From: a virus | Length of the DNA stretch: 64,000 bases | Direction: 5' to 3' (one strand) | IMG/VR virus record: IMGVR_UViG_3300050030_000022 | Span: 1-64,000 of that record | Part shown: piece after piece, positions 28,208-39,200 of the stretch | How the letters are laid out: each line of letters starts with the position of its first letter | Numbering within the stretch: the stretch's first letter is position 1 | Made by a program: the position numbers and the translations under genes | Notes under the pieces: model-generated | Told to the model about the DNA's origin: nothing | Databases searched by the model: none | What the model saw: only the letters and a program-made list of their open reading frames with translations

Positions 28208-30235
28208 TTAATTCGGTTGTGCCATTAATTGTTGTACCATTTGCATCGCCTGTGGGTTTCCATTCTTGGATGCCTGTTGCTGTACCTGCTGCGCAAGGGC
28301 AGGGTCAATAACTCCGCCTTGCGGGATTGCGCCCTGTTGCATCATTTCCTGCTGCTTCTGCTTGATTTGCTCTAAGAGACGGTCCGCAAATGGCAGAGAT
28401 GAGTTCTCCAGGAACATGGAAATATCTATCATCTGCGCCTGTAACAACTGGAATAGCATATCGTCAATAATCTGGCGGTAAACCGGGGTGTCCATCGAGG
28501 GTGCGACCTTGAGTTCAATCTCCAAATTCCTGACCTTTTCGGGATCATAAACCATCTTTTCCGCATCGGCACTTACCCCGCTTGAGGCGAAATACCGCTT
28601 ATCGTTGTAATATTGTCTTAGAACTTTTAGGGCTTTTAAGTCTCTTTGTTCTTTAAAGAAGGCGAAGAACTCCAGGTATTCTTTCAGGTTAGTCAAGGAA
28701 TACTGCGCCTGTTGAGCGTACAGTGAGGACGGTGTACCAGCTTTGGGGGCCTGACCTTGCAGGGCTTCATGTACCCCTGCGATGTCCTGAATGAGTTTCA
28801 TCTGCATACTGATCATTTCCCACAGTCCGGGAAGATTGGCGCGGGAGGTAATCTGTTGAGGTATCTGAACGCCCTGTTTGGTTTTGATCTTGATAATACC
28901 GTTGAACTTTGTCCATTCCTCGGCGATGTCTTCCATAGGAAAATCGTCTGAAATGGCTTCCTCCGGTACAAGTAAAACGCCTTTTGCCGAAGCACCCATA
29001 ATGAAATCCTGTAAAGAAATCAAACGATTGATATATCTTTGCTGATCCAAAATGTCCTCTACAAAGCCCCACACCTCACCGTCCAATAAGGGATAAAGCG
29101 CCATGCAATACGGATGGGAGTCATGCCCGTAAGGGGTCTCACCTTCGGCCAGTGTTTGTCCCCAGGGAGTAAGATACTTAAAGCACCAGAATTGTTCATA
29201 TTTTCTCGTTGCCTCCATTAAAGGAACCTGTTCGGTAGGAATCCCCTGAGTGGCTGCATAAGCGATACGTTGAGCATTAGCCTGGGCAATTTTATCAATA
29301 GAAAAGGGAACGATATTATAGGTTCCGTCCAAAGTGTCGTGAACGTAAGTCCTCCACTCGCTTTTAATGTACCATATTTCGATAACGCGGTACTTGGTCG
29401 TGTCGTAAGTCATGTAAAAATCCACTGCGTCCAGATGCTCGGTAGATAAAGTATTGCCCATCACCGTGGGGACTTGCTCGGCGGAATGGGTATACCACTG
29501 CCTGATCTTTTCCGCATCCGCTTCCGAAGCCGCGAAAGCACCTATGATATTGTCCAGGTCGTCATCAATCAACTCTCCGATGGTGTTTAAATCGGTCATG
29601 CGAATATCGGCCAGCCCTGAGTTATAGAATGTCCTCGCGGGCGATGTGTTTTCAATCCACACGTCTTCAGTATTTCGTTCCTTCCAATATTTATATCTGA
29701 CCTTTCCAATGATAGCACCACTGACCAGGTATTCCTCAAAATTTCTTACGTCCAGTTCCGTTACCTTATTAATATCCAATACGGAACGTAAGGCATTGGT
29801 GAGCATATCCGATTCCGTTCCTTTTCCAAAAGCACGGGCAACCACCATAGACTTCATCGGGTTCATTCTGTATTGACCCAACACATTTTTAATCACCTGG
29901 CGGATCATATTCTGCTTGAAGGGAATTTTACCCTGATTCTTAATATAGTTTTCCTCGGTAATACTCTCCCCGGTGTCGGGGTCTTCGATGAGTTCGTGCC
30001 ACTGATCGCCACGGTAATACAGACGGTTCTTTTTCCTTCTATCTCTGAAATCTTGTAAGGCAGACCAATACTGAAAAGCCATTTCCAATAACTTGCGGTT
30101 GTCATTTACCGTAGTGGGGTCTTCTTTTAAGGTGCTTTTCTGCTGCCGGAATGTCAAAGCCTTCACCTGTTTGGCCGGCATCAGGTTTTGAACATTCATC
30201 ACAGAGAAGTCTACACCGTCATAATTGGTTTTCAT
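28208..30235 (-). CDS. Portal protein (P22-like podoviral type)
   Basis: 675 aa; YYRGDQW, N.IRQVIKNVLG, VEDILDQQRYINR, IQDIAGV, Gln-rich C-terminal barrel-like helix. Confidence 0.85.
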   Translation of the reverse strand: MKTNYDGVDFSVMNVQNLMPAKQVKALTFRQQKSTLKEDPTTVNDNRKLLEMAFQYWSALQDFRDRRKKNRLYYRGDQWHELIEDPDTGESITEENYIKNQGKIPFKQNMIRQVIKNVLGQYRMNPMKSMVVARAFGKGTESDMLTNALRSVLDINKVTELDVRNFEEYLVSGAIIGKVRYKYWKERNTEDVWIENTSPARTFYNSGLADIRMTDLNTIGELIDDDLDNIIGAFAASEADAEKIRQWYTHSAEQVPTVMGNTLSTEHLDAVDFYMTYDTTKYRVIEIWYIKSEWRTYVHDTLDGTYNIVPFSIDKIAQANAQRIAYAATQGIPTEQVPLMEATRKYEQFWCFKYLTPWGQTLAEGETPYGHDSHPYCMALYPLLDGEVWGFVEDILDQQRYINRLISLQDFIMGASAKGVLLVPEEAISDDFPMEDIAEEWTKFNGIIKIKTKQGVQIPQQITSRANLPGLWEMISMQMKLIQDIAGVHEALQGQAPKAGTPSSLYAQQAQYSLTNLKEYLEFFAFFKEQRDLKALKVLRQYYNDKRYFASSGVSADAEKMVYDPEKVRNLEIELKVAPSMDTPVYRQIIDDMLFQLLQAQMIDISMFLENSSLPFADRLLEQIKQKQQEMMQQGAIPQGGVIDPALAQQVQQQASKNGNPQAMQMVQQLMAQPN

Positions 30236-30244
30236 TGTGCCTCC

Positions 30245-33200
30245 TTATTTATTGTAATCATCCACGATCATTTGCATAATCGCCTTGCGCTGAGTGTTGA
30301 GTTCGTCATAAGTTTTATTGTCCCCCATATCCAGAGCGTCTTTCATTTTGTTTTGTAAATCCCACACTATATCGCCGGGGACTTTCTTTGCCGAATGGGT
30401 AAAGTCAATGACCATTAAGGACTTTTCAAATTCAGGGGTCTTGGAAATCGCTTCCGCCTTGTCAAACTCATTGTGATTCATGGCATCATGGTACATCCTT
30501 TGGGACAGTGTTGCGGCATCGTAAACCTTTTTGTATTCCGCCTCGATGTCATAGCCCTTGATTCTATTTGTATTTACATGAAATCCAACTCCGTGAGTGA
30601 CCATATCGAAAGCAGACGTTTCGCCCATTGCAAAGGCGACAGAGTTCTGTAAAGGAATAGGCAACCAATCCCTGCCGTTGGCAAGGATAAAGGACAGCAT
30701 TTCATCCGAGTTCACGCCCCCGGTTTCATTCGGTGGAGGCCACTTGGTCAGTTTGCCTTTTAATTTACCGCCTTTAGGTTCACCTACCCGGTAGCCTAAC
30801 TTCTCGTTGGTGGACATATAAACGCCCTTATCGTCATACCCTAAGACTTCCGCTAAGGTGGTATAGCGTTTTCCCTGCCAGTTATTACCTTCCATTAAGT
30901 CAAATACCGTCCGGGCGAAGATGCTGCCTTTATTTTTAATAGGTGTTGTCCATGAACCCGTTACGGCTTGTTCTGTCCACTTGTAGGGGTCTTTAAAGTG
31001 ACCTGCGATGTTAAAATACTTGCGGACTTCGTTGCCCTGTTGGTCAACTTCTTCACCTCCCATTAAACGATTAACGGGGGTTACGTCCATACTCAGCCAG
31101 TTTAATTGCCCCGGCTTGTCAAAAGCGTCCTTATACTGGTGTGTTAGGGTTTCCAAATAAGTTTCCTGATCGTCCGGGTCGTTAAAGACTGCCATCATCA
31201 GGTTTAGTCCTACACTTAAAAATGCAACTCGCGAAATAGCCCTGAGCCAATATCTGCGGTACATACGAGTTTCGGCTTTACTTCCAGAGTGAATCGCCTT
31301 CACCATAAGCCTTACATTTGATAGCGTCCAATCCCTTGCTAACAACCATAAACCATTAAAATCCAACCATGTTTTACTAATACCCATACGTTCATAATGC
31401 AACCCCCCAAAGTTGTCATTGGCGATACGGGCGATCATTCCTAAAATTACTTTATCATCTAACTTGGGGTTTAGTTTGCGTTGTTTGGCGAGTTCAAGTA
31501 AAGCAAACTTGACTTTCAATCCCGCCCCGTAACGCTTAAACAGGAAATCAGTATGGGCTTCATGCAGTTTGTGAATCTTATCCCTGACATCTTTTGTAAC
31601 TTTTAATTGATCGAGCCATCCATCTACCAAAGTTTTACTTCTGAGCAAATCCTCTTCCCAATCCTGCATCCTTCCGATGGTCATCCCGGCACGAATTAGA
31701 CTTTCCACATCGGGGGTCATGTGAAAATAGGCATCCAATCCTGCTTTATAGGATTTACGGATATTCAAATCTGAGAATTGGTGTAGTGCTGAACCTAATA
31801 AGTAGGCGCGGGTGAAGGCTAAATGATGGAAGAACGACCAACTTAGTACATTTCTTTTCAGTAAAGCGTTGATAAATATAAGTTGTTTGGCGGCAGGTTG
31901 TTCCCTGAACCACGAGGTACTCAAAATATCATTTAGATTTTTGGCTACCGGCGCAGGTGCATAAACCTGTTTCCTGCGCATCACCGTACCGTTTTCAGTG
32001 ATGAAAATATCCCGGTTATGATACTCAATATCTTTGAACTTGCCCGTGGATTCGTCAAATTTGTAATCCACCTCGTCATTATACTGACTGTTGGCTTCTT
32101 TTTTATGCTTTAACTTGCCGTCATATCCCCAAATCTTAAAAGAAGGATGTTCTACCATCTTGTAACCGGGGAGTTGCTGAGTTGCAAACAAAGGGTTGCC
32201 ATCTTCGTCTTTGACCTGTTTACCTGAGTTGATCAGGTTGCGGTTCTCAATGACGTTGTGTATTTCGTTTTTAAGGATTTCCAGACTATTGGACGCACCC
32301 TCGACTTTTAAGTTATATCCTTTCGCCATTCCCTCGATGATCGTTCCAAATACCCTCTTTTTGCTGTGGCGGGTGGTTAAACTAAATTTCTTCCATGCGT
32401 CATGTCCCGCCTGCCCTGAGATGTCCCAAATACGATTGACATAGTTTTCAAGTACGTTGGCAATAACCATATTGTCTAAGGCCAGTTGCCCCATCTTGGT
32501 ATATTCTGCCCCGATGCGGTCAGCGATTGCCTTCATGGACGGCGTAAGTTCCTCTGAGGCGGTAACAAGTGCCTGCTGACGTGGGGTGAGATCATTCCAA
32601 TACTGCTGTATATGTTCAGGGTGCGCCTGGGTGTCAATGTGAATCTGAATCGCACGGTCGATGTCCTGCCACGTCTTAGCCCACTTAGGTTTCTCGGTGG
32701 TGAAAATCTTTTGAATCTCGGTCTGAGTGTTGAACGCCTCGACATTGGCTTTGGCTTTAGCTACGTCCCGGTTTCCAAACCAAGTGTCCCTGACCTCTGA
32801 GTAGATGTCCTTCATCTTTCTGGGCTTGCCTTCCATGTCGGGTTCGGTTTCCTGGGACATCAGGATATTGGGTTTATCATAAGGATATTGCACCTCCCAC
32901 AACTGCTGTCTTTCATTACCACCCATTTTAACCTGATTTAAAGCGTGGGATGTTTCGGTTTTAGTATTAATTATATCCAACACATAATCAGGCACGGTCA
33001 CGCTTTCACCCATATCCTCCCCAAAAATACCATCGTGCAGAATAATCAGATTGTGACCTAACTTTTCATCCTTAACCCGTTCCATACCATAATTAATAAC
33101 ACCCTGTAAATCCAGATTTTCTGGCGGTACATCATAGGCATTAATATTAAGATTGGGTGATAAATAGATAATGGCGGCATGATAGCCTTTATCGGTCAAT

Positions 33201-36200
33201 AACGCCTTCCCAATCTCAACCATTCGCGTTTGAGCATTCCGGCCATTGTTAGAACCCAATGCCTCCCGTTCGGTAAATAAGCGGGGTTTGGCATTTTTAT
33301 ATTCATTGGACTGGCTGTAATTGTCGATTTGCTCATTGGCGATTCCCCTAAATGAAATATTAGACTTATACTGATTATAGTAATCAAGTGCTCGTTCAGG
33401 GGATATGAAAGTAAATTTTTCATGATCAATAACCACATGACCTAACATCTCCACAGGTTCTTTGCCCCATGTTTCTCCATTCATAAGGTTCTGTACTATT
33501 CGACCAGTGACAAAAATATCCGCAGCCGAGGCGTTATGATTACCACTTGGATGATTATGGACAAGATAGAATTGATTTGCACCAAAACCTATTGCGAGAT
33601 CGCGGATTTCCGGCGATTCCGGGAATTGCGTGGAACCGGGTTTATTAAGTGTGTAAGCGGCTGTACCTACAATATCGCCATCCTTTAAGAATACAACGTG
33701 GGCTTTTTCAATATAAGGTGAACGATGGATCGACCACAACTCAGCCACATCTTGAGGATTATTTATTTTTAATCCGGTGAAATCAACATAACCCTGTTCG
33801 GCAAAAGTATCAATAACAGTGCGTGGCTTTATCTTATCACCACTTGTTTTAGACTTGTCCGCATATTGTTCATTTACTTCCTGCACTAATTTCCTAATCG
33901 CTTCATCTTTAGCCTGAATACTGCCGTAAGCGCGTTCCGCTTCATTTTGTTCCATCAGGATATTTTCAGGTGTCGCCCCGGCGGTTTCTGCACTCATCCT
34001 CAGATACTCCCCTTCGGCAAGCAACCCATCCCGGCGTAATGCAGCCTTCTCTCCCAGAATATCCCCGACAAACTCGGTTTCCGGTGCGGTTTCACGTAGG
34101 TTTTCCCTTGACCGCCTTAAAAGATCGTTGATGTCGTTGTCCGTCCACTTGACAAACTTGCCAAAAGCCTGACGAAGCAGGTTGCGAAGTCCGGCAATGA
34201 ACCGTCCCCACCAGGTAGGCTTCACCCCGCCCTGTGCTTTCTGTGCCACATACTCATCAGCCAGTAGTTGTTTGTAAGATATTCCCGTCTTAGGTCTTGG
34301 GTAGCGTTTAGCCATATATCTTTTTTCCTCTTCGGTCATGGAATCGTAAACCTGATCCATCAACTTGTTAAAGCCTTTGACATTGTGTTCAAACAACGCC
34401 CTTAATCCGTGGTGGGCGACAATTTCATGTAAGAGTACCGTTGCTGCGCGGTCACTTGAGGTTATGTTGTTTAAGATTAAGGTGACTTCCTTACTGTCTA
34501 AATCATAGAAGCCGTCCGTTTTATTCCCGGCTTTCTCTATTGCGGCACGGGTGCGGTCGTCCAGATTGTTCTTAGACTTTACTATGTTTACCTTAACCCC
34601 CGTTTCCTTAGAGATGTCGGAAGCCATCTGACGGACGGTAGTTTCAAATTCCTTGCTCCCGGTTGTTAATTCGGAGTACATATCTCCGATGTAGTCGTAC
34701 TTTTTAAACAGGGGGTTCTCGACATTGACGCTTTGATCGGGTAAGATGTCTTCGGATTGGGTGGACTGCAATATATTCGGTTCGGAGGGAGGCTTTTCCT
34801 GAACATCCATCGGCATCTCAATCTGCTTTTCAGCCAATGCCACTTCCGACCGCATATCCTTTTCAAGTTGGGCGATGGTTTCATTAACTTGCTTATTGTA
34901 GGCTTTAACCTGATCGGCGATGTTCTTGCGGATAGTGGTTTCGTTTGTGCCAAATGCACCTTCCCCGACAAACATATCCTTTTCGCCCAATGATCCCGCC
35001 TGCCCAAATAGACTAATCTTTTTATTGGCTGCTCTTACTGCCTCGTTCTGCCGGTTGCGAAGTTGCGAATCGGAAACGAGTGTCTCCTTTAAGTCTTTAA
35101 TTTGCCTGGTGTAATCGGCTTTTATTCGGGCGATTTCTCTTTGTCGGGCTGTGGCTTCTGGCTTTCCTTCCACTCTTTTGCCCTCGCCAGGGTGTTCTGC
35201 AACGCCCTCCAGAGTTTCTTCTGTTCCTCTGGAGTAGCTAATCGTTTCTTCATAACCTTTGTTGTTTAAGTAATCCTGTATGTCAATGTAATCCTGATCG
35301 GTCATCCAACCCTCACTGATAGCGTCATCTTTAAAGGATGCCAGGTAATCGGGGTTGTCGATTATGGAAATATCTGTAAAATTAGCGATTTCTGCACCAA
35401 GTTCGTCTGAAATATTTATTTGCCCAACATTTTTTTCATTCCATTCCCTGTATTTATTAATGGAATAACCTGTTAATTTTTTGAATCGGTACGCCAAATC
35501 AAGTTGATCGTCCGTGGTTTTACGGATAATATCGGAATTATTCACGACATCTACCATAAATTGCGCCACTTCCCCAGGGGTCACATCTATTCCATCCTCG
35601 AATTTTTCGGCAGCTATCCGGTCAAGGGGTGTACCATTTTTATCCGTAAATCGTTTAATTAAACCCTGTGTAATATTGTTTTTATCGTTATGATCGGTAA
35701 AACTTTTAATCGTAGTGCGGGTTTCAAGTGTGGCTAACTGCCAATCGTGTAATTTATCATAGGGTATGTTATGTTCGCGTTCCTGCTGCCAGGCAATGTG
35801 TATATCTTGCGGGTTGGTAGAGTACAGTCGCACCCAACCTATCCATTCATTCAGGTTTTCCCCTGTCGGCATTGGTGGTGCATCCGGGTTCTCTTTAATG
35901 GGGATGGAAAAGTCAAGTTTTCTATATTGATCCCTGAGTTTAGCAAGGTCTTTTTTGAGATCAGCTTCCCTTTCGGTCGGGATTCCTTTATTTTTACGCT
36001 GCTTTTTCAGGTAGTCAATTTCTTGTTTAACCTTACTTATTTGCGAGCCTAAGTCCGTTAATCGGTCTTCGGGAGTGGTTGGTTTAGGCTTCAATACTTC
36101 ACCCACAAACTCTTTAGGTTTGGATTTCGGCTTTAGTGCGTTCCCGACAAATTCATCAGGGGGTTTCTGCTTTATTTCTATTCCCCCACCTTTTTGCGGA

Positions 36201-39200
36201 GAAACGGAAACGGGTGTCGGCTTTTCCGACATACCACCCTCTTTTGGCAGTCGTTCTCCCGTGTTCCCAACAAACAGGAAGTCGTATTTTCTATACCAAT
36301 CCCTTAACTGCTGAGCGGTCATATCCGAAGATACTTCCGGCACGGCTTTTAATTTGAGGGTAATGCCCAACTCGTCGGCTTTATCGGTAATGTCACGCAT
36401 CGCCGCATTTGCCTGACCCTTCTGGCGTTGTTTCAATGGAACTTTGATAGATTCCAATGTCACCGCTTCGGGGGTGTGTTGCGCCACGACAATAGTTGCA
36501 TCGCCAATTTTACCTGTCTTTGCATCACCGCCGATTACGTCAACGGGTTCAGTCAGCCCTAAATCTTTGGCGAAGCGGTCGTAAGGTTTTGACTCTACCC
36601 CTGACTCTACCCCTTTAGGTTTTTCAGGTTGTGGCTTTAAATTGGTCGTTGGTTTTTCAGGGTTTACCCTTAAATCAGGATAGTCGGCAAGTACGTTTTC
36701 GGGGACGGGCTTGCCTTCGGAGAGGGCTTGTGTTATTGATTCACGATGTTGCTTTGAGAGTTCTATCTTACGATTAACTCCCGCAATAGCCTTATCGAAA
36801 GCAGGAATGTTATATTTTTCCTTATCGGCTTCATTTTTAATCTTCTGCCATTTGTTCAACTCCATATTCAGGGAACGATCTGTCTGATCGAAAGTGTACC
36901 CTTCGCCAACAAACTTCTCCCTGGTCATCTCCCACGGTTGCAGCTCATGCTGTGACTCTTGCTGCAACTCTGGCTGTGGATTCGTTTCAGATATTGGCTG
37001 TAAGTCAGGTGGTTGTTCCGATGCGGGGATTCCCGTTTCGGGTACTTCAGCCTGTGGTACAACTTCCGCCTGATCGGGTGCAATAGGGGGTTCATTTACT
37101 TTTTCTTCATGTGTTTGAACATCTCCACTTCCTGTAACCTGTCCTGTGCCTCCACGTAACTCAGGTCGTCCTTGCTCAACGGCTTCCCCTTGTGGCTCAC
37201 CACCTGGTAGCCCTTCGATGTTTTCTTGATCATGTTGAATTTCCTCCTGCGGTTTAGTGATTACTTCCCCTTCTTGGGGTTGGACTTCTTGGGTTGCGGC
37301 ACTTTCTTTGCCTGCTTCCGGGCTGGCTTTTTCTTTGACTTGCTCATTTTGCTTGGATTTTAATGTGAAACCACTGCCTTTTGCGGTGGCTAAGATCATA
37401 TCGCTTGCTCCACTGTCAGACCATGCTCCGTCTAAAAAGGCTTGCACCTTTCCCTTGTTGTCAATCCTGAAAGTGGTATTGGTTTCATCGCCGTTAATGA
37501 CAAACTCCGCACCTTTTGCGGGTAATCCCGTTGGTTTCTCCGCAGGTTTAGGACGCGAAACAATAACAAAGTTGTTTTCTGCCAACGCATCGCTTGGGTC
37601 TGCCGTATTGACAGGGGTAAATTCACTCTGGCTGTACTTATCTCCCAGGGCTTTGGCTACCTTATTGGCTTCTGATTCTTTGGCGAAGGAAGGGTTGCTT
37701 TGCAGACTCCCGTCTGGAAGTGCAGTAAATGGCACTGGTACGTCTTTTCCGTTCAGATTGGCTTTTAAAACTGTCTTTTGTGCAGTAGGTTGCACATTTT
37801 CTGGTGCATTTTGTGCAACAGGCGGAACATTTGGTGCGGTAACTTCCCCGGCTTGTTCGGGTGTAGTCTTTTCTACACTGCCAAATTCAGATTCAGGGAT
37901 AGTAACTTGCGTCCCGTCCTCGTAAATTGCCTTCACAAAATCTTTCCCGGTTTCAATAATATCTGCCTGCCTGCCGTTATAGGTAATACTTTCACCCATT
38001 CTCAGGGTAGTCTCCGGCGGGTTCTGTACTTCGTCCAGTTTTTGCAGGATTTGTTCACCAATCTTATTTTGCTGTTGACGTTGGGCTACATTGGACGCTG
38101 ACACCCCGCCAAGTTCGCTCAGGGAGGTCGCCCGGACACCTACGACATCATCAAAGGGTATCATCATAGCCTCGCCTCCGCCATCGGGGACGACAATCAA
38201 AGGCTTCTTACCTAATTTCCACGTGCCATCTTCCGGGTTAATCGTTACGTCACCATCTTTTACCCACCAATGATTACCTTCTCTATCTACAATTTGGACT
38301 AAATGCTCATTGTCTTTATAAGTAAAGGGTGCATATTGCGCTTTTACCTGATCGGCGGCGGCAAGTTGTTCGTCTTTATCAATCCTGACCCTACCTAATT
38401 CCTGATCAAATTGAGCCTTAATCTTTTGTTGGCCGGGACTTAAAATAGATTCGGGCGTGTTTAAAACCTCGGCAATCTTTTCTTCCGGTACGCCTTGCGC
38501 TTTTAAATTCTCAACTGCCTGCGGTTTTAAAGGTTCATCCGCTTTTTGTTTTTCCTGTTCTGCCAAAGTTGATAATAAACTTTCACCCATCCCTCGGCGC
38601 ATAGCGTTGTTCCAAGCATAGGTAATAATATTCAATCCTTGTTGATCCGTCACTCCTGATTTGTGCAAAATATCGCTTAGACTGGATGACACATCGGCGG
38701 GCTTGTCCTGTTTTAACGCATCAATGACACTGGATTTGGTTTCTTTTGGCAGATCTGACAGATATTTATTTCTTAATATCTGCTCATCCAATGACTTATA
38801 GGCAACATTGGAAGCGTAAAATCCACCGCCAACGGCAGCCAGTGTAATGGTAGTCGTTAAAATGTTCTGGCCTGTCCATACATCCGATGCCTTTGTGTCG
38901 GGATCAATCATTGGGGTAATCACGTTGGACATCATTTCTTCTGAAAATTCCTCCGGGAATGAACCGAACATCGCCGCACCCTTGAATTTCTGTACTGGAG
39001 TAAGCCAACGGCTTACGCCTTGTGCCGCTTTCTTACCTAATAATGTACCGATGCGAGGAATTGAAGCGATGATATGCGTACCCATAGATTCCGTCAGAAT
39101 ATCCGGGAATGAATTAGCCAAACCCTTCATCATCCCGACAGGAAGCGAGGATTGGGAGATAATATTACCTTCGGGGTCTACCTGACCTGCGATCTTTTCA

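Noticed and set aside
33400-33780. Stand-alone radC gene or CBASS-type JAB defence gene
   Set aside because: The JAB motif is an in-frame domain of the giant protein, with no E1/E2 or cyclase nearby.
37257-37925. 222-aa plus-strand ORF and other antisense ORFs over structural genes
   Set aside because: They lie opposite well-supported genes and have no motifs or promoters.
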